In this document: in pieces, positions 1 to 6,688 of the stretch
Layout: every line of letters begins with the position of its first letter
Position numbering within the stretch: position 1 is the first letter of the stretch
Source: a virus
Lineage: Duplodnaviria > Heunggongvirae > Uroviricota > Caudoviricetes
DNA: 8,455 nt
Reading direction: 5' to 3' (one strand)
Virus record (IMG/VR): IMGVR_UViG_2617270953_000002
Program-made: the position numbers and the translations under genes
Notes under the pieces: generated by a model
Database searches by the model: none
What the model was told of the DNA's origin: nothing
The model's input: the letters and a program-made list of their open reading frames with translations, nothing else

Positions 1-329
1 CGCTGTGGCGGCGTAAGAGGCCCCGGAACGTTATCGTTCACACGGACCGTGGAGGCCAGTACTGTTCAGCAGATTATCAGGCGCAACTGAAGCGGCATAA
101 TCTGCGTGGAAGTATGAGCGCAAAAGGTTGCTGCTACGATAATGCCTGCGTGGAAAGCTTCTTTCATTCGCTGAAAGTGGAATGTATCCATGGAGAACAC
201 TTTATCAGCCGGGAAATAATGCGGGCAACGGTGTTTAATTATATCGAATGTGATTACAATCGGTGGCGGCGGCACAGTTGGTGTGGCGGCCTCAGTCCGG
301 AACAATTTGAAAACAAGAACCTCGCTTAG
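1..329 (+). CDS. IS3-family transposase OrfB (DDE catalytic subunit), C-terminal fragment; 5' end lies outside the window
   Basis: Reading from nt 3 gives ...[54 protein letters not shown]...YNRWRRHS...[11 protein letters not shown], ending at TAG 327-329. The HTDRGxQY, CxDNA..ESFF..LK and YNR.RRHS motifs are the typical C-terminus of IS3-family DDE transposases; the tail resembles IS600. Recognised from memory. Confidence 0.85.
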
Positions 330-359
330 GCCTGTGTCCATATTACGTGGGTAGGATCA
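330..359. repeat. IS right terminal inverted repeat (IRR), ends with CA at nt 359
   Basis: Sequence gcctgtgtccatattacgtgggtaggatca directly follows the transposase stop and has the TG...CA termini and TGGACAC core typical of IS3-group IRs. The exact boundary is inferred, not confirmed against the left end. Confidence 0.6.
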
Positions 360-1551
360 TATGGCCCATAATCTGCGCAACAATACCTGTTGGTACTTCG
401 ACCCATTCAGCGAGGGTCCCAAAACTACGGCGCAATCCGTGCAAGCTGATATGTGGTAACTCCGCGCGAGTTAATGCTCTATTATGTGCTGAACGCGGTT
501 CAATAATTTTGCCACTTTTGCTGTTACTTCTGAAAACCCAATTCTCCTCGTTTGTACCACGATTGGGGATCTCCATCAGTGAGCGTAACAAGTCAGAAAC
601 ATAGGGAGTGAGGGGGATAATTCGCTCGCCTTCGATCTTGTCTTTAATTCTCATGCTTGACCATTTGAAATCTATGTCAGACCAGCGAAGTGAGGAAATT
701 TCTTCACGCCGTGCACCGGTGAGCAAAAGCACTTGGAGATAGGCTGATGCAATGGGATTATTGAGGCTACGCACGGCACTGAACCAGCTTTTGAGCTGTT
801 CTTTTTGTAAGCAATCTCCCGCTTTGCTCGCTGATATTGGAACCATTTTTCTCACGTTATGATCTTGTGCAAGATCGCCATCGATTATTCCCTGATATTT
901 TTTCTGGTAATTAGCCCATTTGATGAATGCACGCAACAGACGGTAGGCATGAGCAGTGACGGTAGGCCGATTTTGTCTCTCTGTACTTAGCCATTCGGCA
1001 ATGTTCTCTGGTGTTAGTTCTGATAATGGTCGGTCGAGCAGGCTAGCCAGTGGCCCAGGTGAGGTTGGGCCCCGGCCTCTTTTTTTACTTTCGCCTCCAC
1101 GACTGGACAAGTTAACGTGATCGGCAATGTAGCGTGCAGAGTAGGGGCGTTTAGTTTTTGCGCTGATTCCGGTTCTCAATTCATCAAGATAATCTTCCCA
1201 AGCGCTTGAAAAGGTTGCCTTCGTTTTACGAGATTCAGCCTGCTGTGATTCCGCTTCAGCAATTTTTTCCGCCTTAGCTATACGCGGATCTATCCCAGTA
1301 TCGATTAATGTTTGCAGTCGCCTGGCTTCGGCCCTCGCATCATCAATCCTCCAATCGTTAATGTTGCCAATGGTCATGCGAAGGGTTTTTCCCGCATACA
1401 GGCTTTGGAATACAAAGGCTTTTGCTCCACGAGTTGCTCGACATGCCAAGCTTGTTACGTCCGTATCCCAAAGGAAAACTTGGTTTTTCCCTTCAGGTAA
1501 AGTAAATCTTCGAATTCGTTCGAAGGTTAGTTTTTGTCTTGAAAGCGCCAT
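343..1551 (-). pseudogene. int: Tyrosine recombinase (phage/island integrase), C-terminally truncated by the IS; the last five codons and stop come from IS sequence
   Basis: 402-aa ORF with ATG at 1551 and AGGAA about 9 nt upstream. It has box I (LLLTGARREEISSLRWSDID) and box II (LHGLRRSFGTLAEW...AQIMGH), but the ORF stops 5 codons after the GH, with the junction at nt 359/360 inside the Met codon. The catalytic Tyr expected about 10 residues later is absent. Confidence 0.75.
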
Positions 1552-1734
1552 TTTTAGGGTTCCTGTTGGGGATTACGGTTTACAGTAATGTAACGGCTGG
1601 TGTAAGTAAATTGAAAGGATAAACATCAACACTCATCAATTTACATCAACAGGTTTTTTGTTTTAATATTATGATTTAAAATGATAAATTTGTGATTTCT
1701 GATGGTTGTTCAAGCAGTTAAAATATAAAAACTT

Positions 1735-1783
1735 CGCATTCGTAATGCGAAGGTCGTAGGTTCGACTCCTATTATCGGCACCA
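1735..1783 (+). other. 3' fragment (about 49 nt) of tRNA-Thr(CGU), thrW-like: anticodon arm, variable loop, T-arm, acceptor 3' strand and CCA. An att core/direct repeat, not a complete tRNA gene
   Basis: cgcattcgtaatgcgaaggtcgtaggttcgactcctattatcggcacca: anticodon loop TTCGTAA (anticodon CGT), T-stem GTAGG/CCTAT, T-loop TTCGACT, acceptor TATCGGC + A + CCA. The preceding bases (aaaatataaaaactt) carry no D-arm or 5' acceptor strand. The 5' boundary is approximate (1733-1737). Confidence 0.8.
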
Positions 1784-1797
1784 TTTAAATCAATAAG

Positions 1798-2958
1798 TTA
1801 CCTCGCATTTAAGTAAACTACGTTCTCCTCTTGTGCCGTATTTGTGCCATTGCGATTTATAATCGCATCGATTTTGCTCGCGTGCTCGGTGAGATGCCCG
1901 GCTGAAAGGTGGGCGTATCTTTGAACCATTTCGAGAGTTTCCCATCCTCCCATCTCTTTAAGCGCAAGAAGAGAGACACCGGACTGAACCAGCCAGCTTG
2001 CCCAGGTATGCCTCAGGTCATGGAAGCGGAAGTTGCTAATGCCTGCCCGCTTTAACGCTCCCTTCCATGCCTTGTTGCTGTCGGTTCTCATCTTCCTTAC
2101 CGCTGCTGTTTTTGTTCCGTCGCTTCGGTAGGCAGGTTTGGTGTGGACAAATACCCATCTCTTATGGAGCCCCTGCTGTTTTCTTAATATCTGGCATGCG
2201 GTTTCGTTAAGAGGAACTCCGATCGCATTGCCAGCTTTTGTTTCATCAGGGTGCATCCATGCCATTTTCTTATCCAGATCGACCTGTGACCACTCAAGGT
2301 CTGTAACGTTGGAACGGCGAAGGCCTGTCGTGATTGCAAACATGACCACAGGGAAGAAATGAGGAGCAATTTCTGCAAACAGGCGCTTCGATTCCTCCTC
2401 TGTAAGCCATCTGATTCGTCCATTCTTAACGCGTGGTGTTGATATTTTGGGCGTCCTGTCAAGCCATCCCCATTCAACAGCCATATTGAGAATAGCGCGA
2501 AGTATTGCCAGATGCCGCGTCTTCGTTCCTTTGCTTGCCAGCTTTGGTTTATACTCCGGCACTGGCTTGCCAAGCCGCAAACACCTGTCCCGGCTCATCT
2601 CCCAGTTCAGGCGATGGCGGCGGTTTTCCATCCCGTCTACCGCCTCCATTATTTTTTCTGTTGTTATGTCAGAGAGAATGGTTTCTCTGAAGTGCAACAT
2701 CCAGAACGATATAATGCTCTTGTCATCATCAATGGACTTCTTATCCGATTTCTCACGCAGCCACCGTATGCAGGCTTCCTTGAATAGCTTTTTCGGTGAT
2801 TCCCCGAGATTTTTTACTCTCCACGCTTCTGCTTTCAGACGATCGTGAAGTTCTTGCGCTTGCCTTTTGTCCGATGTTTCAAGAGAGCGTCTAACTCTTG
2901 ATCCATCTGGCGCGACGAAATCACAGTGCCACGTGCCACCGCGTAGTTTGATTGACAT
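1798..2958 (-). CDS. int: P22-type lambdoid tyrosine integrase, apparently intact
   Basis: 386-aa ORF with ATG at 2958 and AGGAGG 8 nt upstream. N-terminus MSIKLRGGTWHCDF...SDKRQAQELHDRLKAEAWRV and C-terminus FRFHDLRHTWASWLVQSGV...EMGGWETLEMVQRYAHL closely match the phage P22 Int pattern (recalled from memory). The stop lies 14 nt from the tRNA-Thr fragment, as expected for int next to attL. Confidence 0.9.
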   Translation of the reverse strand: MSIKLRGGTWHCDFVAPDGSRVRRSLETSDKRQAQELHDRLKAEAWRVKNLGESPKKLFKEACIRWLREKSDKKSIDDDKSIISFWMLHFRETILSDITTEKIMEAVDGMENRRHRLNWEMSRDRCLRLGKPVPEYKPKLASKGTKTRHLAILRAILNMAVEWGWLDRTPKISTPRVKNGRIRWLTEEESKRLFAEIAPHFFPVVMFAITTGLRRSNVTDLEWSQVDLDKKMAWMHPDETKAGNAIGVPLNETACQILRKQQGLHKRWVFVHTKPAYRSDGTKTAAVRKMRTDSNKAWKGALKRAGISNFRFHDLRHTWASWLVQSGVSLLALKEMGGWETLEMVQRYAHLSAGHLTEHASKIDAIINRNGTNTAQEENVVYLNAR

Positions 2959-3182
2959 GCTTTAACCTCCTGCACATCAACCGCATTCACCGCGCTATTG
3001 TGTCTCACAGACTTAAGCGCCGCAATGCAGTCTGACTTGCAAATGCGATATGGACTTTTAGGTTTATCTGGATTTATCTTTGCGGCCTGAAGTCGTCCAC
3101 TTCGTATCCACTGCGTGATAGTGCCTTTGTCTACCTTCAGATACGATGCTGCCTCTTCACGAGTGAAGATTTCTTCTTCCAC
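2835..3182 (-). CDS. xis: Excisionase (Xis/AlpA-type HTH DNA-binding protein), 115 aa, GTG start
   Basis: N-terminal IFTREEAASYLKVDKGTITQWIRSGRLQAAKI is a typical excisionase helix-turn-helix. It sits immediately upstream of int and overlaps it by 124 nt in another frame. GTG at 3182 is preceded by GGAGA. The length is consistent with P22 Xis being unusually long (about 116 aa, from memory). Confidence 0.65.
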   Translation of the reverse strand: MEEEIFTREEAASYLKVDKGTITQWIRSGRLQAAKINPDKPKSPYRICKSDCIAALKSVRHNSAVNAVDVQEVKACQSNYAVARGTVISSRQMDQELDALLKHRTKGKRKNFTIV

Positions 3183-3267
3183 TTGGAATCTCCATTTATT
3201 GAGTTGGTATTATTGCGGTAGGTCTGGATATCTTGAGAAATGAACAGGCCTCATCGAGTGTGAGGCG

Positions 3268-3612
3268 TTAGTCCTTGCGTAGCTCGCTGATTCTTCTGTA
3301 AGTCTCTGGTGCTTTGTTCCCGTACGTCTTCATTTCAGACTTCAACAGAGCAACGAGTGAATCCCATTCGTTGAGGATTCCTTTGAATGCCGGAACGCGC
3401 TTTGCAACCTTGTCGAATGAATCTCTGATTTCTGGAATCTGCTCAACAAGTGCAACGCATCGTCGGAAATCTGCTGCGTCATGTGGAGCGCCGAAGTGAT
3501 GACCATAGATATTCTTTTTCAGTCCACATGCGATTGAGGCAATAGTTGCGCTACTGATGCCGACATCGCCAGTCGATTGCCATTTCAAAACCTTCATAGC
3601 CAAATCTGACAT
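3268..3612 (-). CDS. Hypothetical prophage accessory protein, 114 aa
   Basis: ORF-track ORF 3268..3639 trimmed to the internal ATG at 3612, which is preceded by GGAGA with about 7 nt spacing. The longer N-terminal extension would run through the terminator hairpin. No family recognised. Confidence 0.6.
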   Translation of the reverse strand: MSDLAMKVLKWQSTGDVGISSATIASIACGLKKNIYGHHFGAPHDAADFRRCVALVEQIPEIRDSFDKVAKRVPAFKGILNEWDSLVALLKSEMKTYGNKAPETYRRISELRKD

Positions 3613-3623
3613 TTCTTGTCTCC

Positions 3624-3648
3624 AATAAAAAACCGCCATCAGGCGGCT
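3624..3648 (-). terminator. Putative intrinsic (rho-independent) terminator on the minus strand
   Basis: Minus strand reads AGCCGCC-tgat-GGCGGTT followed by TTTTTTTATT: a 5-7 bp GC stem, 4-nt loop and U-run, 65-90 nt downstream of the stop of the 3713..3892 gene. The stem is short, so strength is uncertain. Confidence 0.45.
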
Positions 3649-3712
3649 TGGTGTTCTTTCAGTTCTTCAATTCGAATATTGGTTACATTGTTTTCATATA
3701 TGAATAAATAAA

Positions 3713-3892
3713 TTAGCTTTTTTCGTTGCCTTCGCTTTCTTTATTAATTTTGACAAACTCGTTTTTACCACGCTCTCCAAATGCGTCTTTAGAGTCGTTG
3801 TATCCGCAATCGCAGCACACATAATCATCAGACCATCCACGCATTGTTTTTTCTTTTGCAATATTTCCAGAACCGCATTTTGGACAAGACAT
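3713..3892 (-). CDS. Small zinc-ribbon protein (CPxCG ... CCDCG), 59 aa, moron-like
   Basis: ORF 3713..3925 trimmed to the ATG at 3892, which is preceded by GGAGGT about 8 nt upstream. Product MSCPKCGSGN...YVCCDCGYND has two Cys pairs spaced for a zinc ribbon. The locus is strongly AT-rich. Confidence 0.6.
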   Translation of the reverse strand: MSCPKCGSGNIAKEKTMRGWSDDYVCCDCGYNDSKDAFGERGKNEFVKINKESEGNEKS

Positions 3893-3988
3893 ATCACTAC
3901 CTCCAAAGCATGAGTGAGATGACAACGTAACATTGATTGGAGATTAACAATAGATTGCTGATGTAAAAGATATGTATAAGCTTCGCTT

Positions 3989-4627
3989 TCAAAGTGGAGG
4001 CTCTGGTAGCGGCATCCAGTGTGACGGCTCACATACCCCCTCAACACCATTCATGTAAAAGAATTGAAATAACCCATTACCTTTGTGAAACCCTACCATC
4101 TGCTCTTTAGTGTCTGAGCAATAAACCAAAACATCTTCTTCGTTTGGCATTCGATCACTACAGCTTATCCAACCATCAGGAGTTACCGGAGAGTTGCCAC
4201 CGGGAATATTTTCCGGAATATTTTGTTGTGCGTTTTGTGGTTGTTCGGATTTACCCTGAAGCATGGCGGCGCGGCAGGCGTTCCAGCCAGCTGTTCGCCC
4301 AAGCGCGTAAACTTCAGATGGCTCAAGATAATCAATGTCATGCCCATCCTCATCGTCGTTCTCAGGTAATGCAGCAGGTACTACCGGTACTGGCGGAGCG
4401 GCGTAGACTTCAATAATCCCATTATCAATAGGCCATTCCCCATCCTTGATGTAGTCACTTGTGCCGTCAACTTGCTGTTCTGCAATGTGGAATGCGCCAA
4501 TAGGCTCTGCTTCCAGCGATGCCAGTGCGATTTCATAAGCCCGACGCTCAATATTGTCTCGGACGTCCAGGCTGCCTATACGCTCTTTGATTTCTTTAAT
4601 CAGTTCTTTGTCGGTGAACGTTGTCAT
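3989..4627 (-). CDS. DUF551-domain prophage protein with an N-terminal helical domain and Pro-rich/acidic linker, 212 aa
   Basis: ATG at 4627 with AAGGA about 8 nt upstream. The C-terminal segment PDGWISCSDRMPNEEDVLVYC...GVCEPSHWMPLPEPP matches the DUF551 signature common in lambdoid 'ea' regions (from memory). The central linker is AAPPVPVVPAALPENDDEDGHDIDY. Confidence 0.75.
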   Translation of the reverse strand: MTTFTDKELIKEIKERIGSLDVRDNIERRAYEIALASLEAEPIGAFHIAEQQVDGTSDYIKDGEWPIDNGIIEVYAAPPVPVVPAALPENDDEDGHDIDYLEPSEVYALGRTAGWNACRAAMLQGKSEQPQNAQQNIPENIPGGNSPVTPDGWISCSDRMPNEEDVLVYCSDTKEQMVGFHKGNGLFQFFYMNGVEGVCEPSHWMPLPEPPL

Positions 4628-4637
4628 GTGTTAGTCC

Positions 4638-4901
4638 TTATCCTGCTGTGCTTTCAACTGATGAGGGGAATAAAATCTTTTCATCAAATCCGGCATTCAT
4701 ATCATGGACAGCAACACACCAATCCACCGACGAACGATTATCAAGAGCCTCCATGATTTCATCCATGCGGCGTAGGTCATAAAGGTAAATGCTTTTATCG
4801 CCAATGGTGTAAAAACCAATTTTTTTCGGTGATGGACAGCGATCAAGAACGTCCTGTAATTCGCTCAACCATGCTTGTTCTTTTTTTGTCAAAGTTGCCA
4901 T
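4638..4901 (-). CDS. Hypothetical prophage protein, 87 aa
   Basis: ATG at 4901 preceded by AAAGGAGA 6-7 nt upstream; the start lies 1 nt after the TGA of the upstream gene. No family recognised. Confidence 0.65.
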   Translation of the reverse strand: MATLTKKEQAWLSELQDVLDRCPSPKKIGFYTIGDKSIYLYDLRRMDEIMEALDNRSSVDWCVAVHDMNAGFDEKILFPSSVESTAG

Positions 4902-4902
4902 A

Positions 4903-5394
4903 TCACTCTCCTTTGATGCGAATGCCAGTGGTACTCATTCTCCTGATTTCCCAGAGCACACGAGGAACACCACCGTTTCCGACCGGATCGCGCTTACTCC
5001 GCATGGCGACGCTTGATTCCGCCCAGCTTTTTCTTGGAGGAAGCTCTTTCACACGAACAAAACCAGCTGCGCGAAGAGATGCTCCTGATTCATCTGCCTG
5101 GGTGTACGTAATACAACGTTGATAACCCATAGCCTTTGCTGCCCGCCAGACAGCACCATAAAGCGCGCTGTTAGCGTTGCGTTCTCCTGTGGTACATGTG
5201 CGATTTACTTCAAGCGTTAATCCATCGTCCAAATGTCGTGCAACAGGTCGACCAGCTGTCGCCACACCTATCAATTCTCCGGCATTATTTCTCAGACCAA
5301 TGCTGAATTTATGCCCCACTGGTGGTTTATTGTGTCGGTGGTGCTGTGCGATAAATTCCTGCGCCGCTTTCAGCGTTATAGGTGAAATGACCAT
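4903..5394 (-). CDS. Conserved prophage protein, 163 aa; possibly an acyl-CoA N-acyltransferase (GNAT-like) fold, assignment unverified
   Basis: ATG at 5394 overlaps the TGA of the upstream gene (TGATG), with AAGGAGGAG about 9 nt upstream. The ORF-track GTG at 5397 is one codon further upstream. Sequence shows HHRHNKPPVGHKF...LIGVATAGRPVARHLDDGLTLEVNRT...SALYGAVWRAAKAMGYQRCITYTQADESGASLRAAGF. The fold call is pattern intuition only. Confidence 0.7.
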   Translation of the reverse strand: MVISPITLKAAQEFIAQHHRHNKPPVGHKFSIGLRNNAGELIGVATAGRPVARHLDDGLTLEVNRTCTTGERNANSALYGAVWRAAKAMGYQRCITYTQADESGASLRAAGFVRVKELPPRKSWAESSVAMRSKRDPVGNGGVPRVLWEIRRMSTTGIRIKGE

Positions 5395-5873
5395 CACTCA
5401 GACTCCTCCTTGATGCCAGCGGCGCGGGAATCATTCCATCGCTTTACTTCTTCACTAATTACGTCAATGCATTCTTTCGAATCCATTAGGTAATCTTCAT
5501 CAAAAAGACGTTCCTGTTCGTTTTCTATCGCAACAATGATTGCTTCAACTAATTTTTGTGCCTGAGAATCACTTTCTAACTCTGCAATGCGCTTACTCCC
5601 ATCCGAGATAACACCTTCGTAATACTCACGCTGCTCGTTGAGTTTTGATTTTGTCTCCTCAAGCTCAACACGCAGCTTCCCTACCGTTAGCGCAATATCC
5701 TCGTTCTCCTGGTCGCGGCGTTTGATGTATTGCTGGTTTCTTTCCCGTTCATCCAGTAGTGCCAGCACAACCTGAGGTGTGACCTTCATACGAAATGCCA
5801 GCAATTTTTGTGGTGTGGCTGCTATTTTTATTGCTTCTGCCGCATCACGCAGTGCCTGATAGTCAATTGTCAT
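5394..5873 (-). CDS. Ead/Ea22-like early protein (coiled-coil), 159 aa
   Basis: N-terminus [22 protein letters not shown] matches the Ead/Ea22-like family start found in P22/lambda-type early regions (from memory); the centre is a charged coiled-coil-like segment. ATG at 5873 overlaps the upstream TGA (ATGA), with GAAGGA about 8 nt upstream. The ORF track starts 3 codons earlier. Confidence 0.7.
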   Translation of the reverse strand: MTIDYQALRDAAEAIKIAATPQKLLAFRMKVTPQVVLALLDERERNQQYIKRRDQENEDIALTVGKLRVELEETKSKLNEQREYYEGVISDGSKRIAELESDSQAQKLVEAIIVAIENEQERLFDEDYLMDSKECIDVISEEVKRWNDSRAAGIKEESE

Positions 5874-6514
5874 TCTCGCCATCCTTCACAGTTGTAATCA
5901 CTACAGCCTTCAAAATCATATGGGCTGTACTGCCAGGAGATTTTTCCGCAATGCGGACAATTCCAACGCACCTTCCCGCTTCGCGACTTCTTTCTTCTGT
6001 TCTGCTCTTTCAACCAGTCAGGCATGACCAAACCTGCGCCCTGAACCATTGTTCTGCGGTTAAAGTTATTGATATTGAACGTCCTGCGCTTTGCTGCATC
6101 AGCAATGGAAAATGGCAACCAAACTATTCCTGGTTCGTTTTTGTTGGCGACGCTAAAGATGGTCGCTTTACTGAAGTCATCTGTTGGCAATCCACCGTGT
6201 TGAAGCCAGTAAACATCGTTGCCGTTCCAGCTACCTTTTTTGTAGGCCACATACGCAGTGCAATCTGACTCAATCAGGCTTTCTGTAGGGATGTACTGGC
6301 AATCAACGTGCCACACTGCCATTGCATCCACGCTATCAGCGCAAACAGGCTGATCGATATCTCGCCCACAATTCCAGGCTTTTTGGGCTTCTTCCAGCGT
6401 GTAAACATGAGCGCGATCGATATCAGAACTGTAACCATTGCCGTTATGGCAATGGAATGAAGCGTTATTGCCCACAGTTTCACGCGAGCACATCATGTAA
6501 AAACGGTTAGTCAC
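5870..6514 (-). CDS. Hypothetical Cys/His-rich prophage protein, 214 aa, with a C-terminal zinc-ribbon-like motif
   Basis: Probable GTG start at 6514 overlapping the upstream TGA (GTGA), with strong AAGGAGG 6 nt upstream. The ORF-track start at 6535 is also GTG but lacks an SD. N-terminal [10 protein letters not shown]; C-terminal [11 protein letters not shown]...CSDYNCEGW. No family recognised. Confidence 0.7.
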   Translation of the reverse strand: MTNRFYMMCSRETVGNNASFHCHNGNGYSSDIDRAHVYTLEEAQKAWNCGRDIDQPVCADSVDAMAVWHVDCQYIPTESLIESDCTAYVAYKKGSWNGNDVYWLQHGGLPTDDFSKATIFSVANKNEPGIVWLPFSIADAAKRRTFNINNFNRRTMVQGAGLVMPDWLKEQNRRKKSRSGKVRWNCPHCGKISWQYSPYDFEGCSDYNCEGWRE

Positions 6515-6678
6515 TGGCTGCCTCCTTTGCGCCACATCGCATTCAGATATTTGTTTTCATTCACTGATGGAAAAGAATTTCTCTTAAGTAATTCCTCTCT
6601 CGATGGCATTGGCTTTACGCGTTGGCGAATAATCATTTCTGCCGGAAGAATGCCGGGATTGTATGCAAGTCCTCTCAT
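6511..6678 (-). CDS. Small hypothetical protein, 55 aa, translationally coupled to neighbours
   Basis: ATG at 6678 preceded by GAGGAA (about 7 nt spacing) which overlaps the TGA of the 6689..6982 gene. Its own TGA overlaps the GTG of the next gene. The ORF-track version (105 aa) has an N-terminal extension overlapping the upstream gene. Confidence 0.5.
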   Translation of the reverse strand: MRGLAYNPGILPAEMIIRQRVKPMPSREELLKRNSFPSVNENKYLNAMWRKGGSQ

Positions 6679-6688
6679 GGTAAATTCC

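Larger units (their letters stand above)
1..359 (+). mobile_element. Right end of an IS3-family insertion sequence (IS600-like), partial; the rest lies upstream of the window
   Basis: Transposase 3' end followed 1 nt after its stop by a 30-bp terminal sequence ending ...GGATCA at nt 359. Its reverse complement TGATCCTACCCACGTAATATGGACACAGGC resembles IS3-group terminal inverted repeats (TGATC.TACCCA...TGGACAC). Confidence 0.75.

Noticed and set aside
66-341. 91-aa minus-strand ORF overlapping the transposase fragment
   Set aside because: It is antisense to a well-supported IS3-family transposase frame, has a low-complexity proline run and no recognisable motif. Treated as a shadow ORF.
347-1588. 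Plus-strand ORFs 347..604, 1312..1500 and 1361..1588 inside integrase-1
   Set aside because: They are antisense to an integrase frame with clear box I/II motifs, and have no SD or family resemblance.
1660-1783. A complete tRNA-Thr gene
   Set aside because: Only the anticodon arm onward is present. The 75 nt upstream are AT-rich with no D-arm or 5' acceptor strand, so this is an att-site fragment.
2138-2848. ORFs 2138..2362(+), 2184..2573(-), 2447..2848(+), 2505..2690(+) and 2512..2787(+) inside the P22-type int gene
   Set aside because: All are alternative-frame or antisense ORFs embedded in a gene whose product matches P22 Int along its full length.
3613-3639. Longer N-terminal versions of several ORF-track genes (for example 3268..3639, 3713..3925, 5394..5882, 5870..6535, 6511..6828, 7006..7479, 7389..8024, 8096..8284)
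   Set aside because: In each case an internal start with a proper SD and a stop/start overlap with the upstream gene fits better. The extensions would overlap the preceding gene or, at 3613-3639, run through a terminator hairpin.
3694-4050. 118-aa minus-strand ORF spanning the zinc-ribbon gene and the DUF551 gene end
   Set aside because: It overlaps two better-supported genes in another frame, crosses the intergenic gap, and has no SD.
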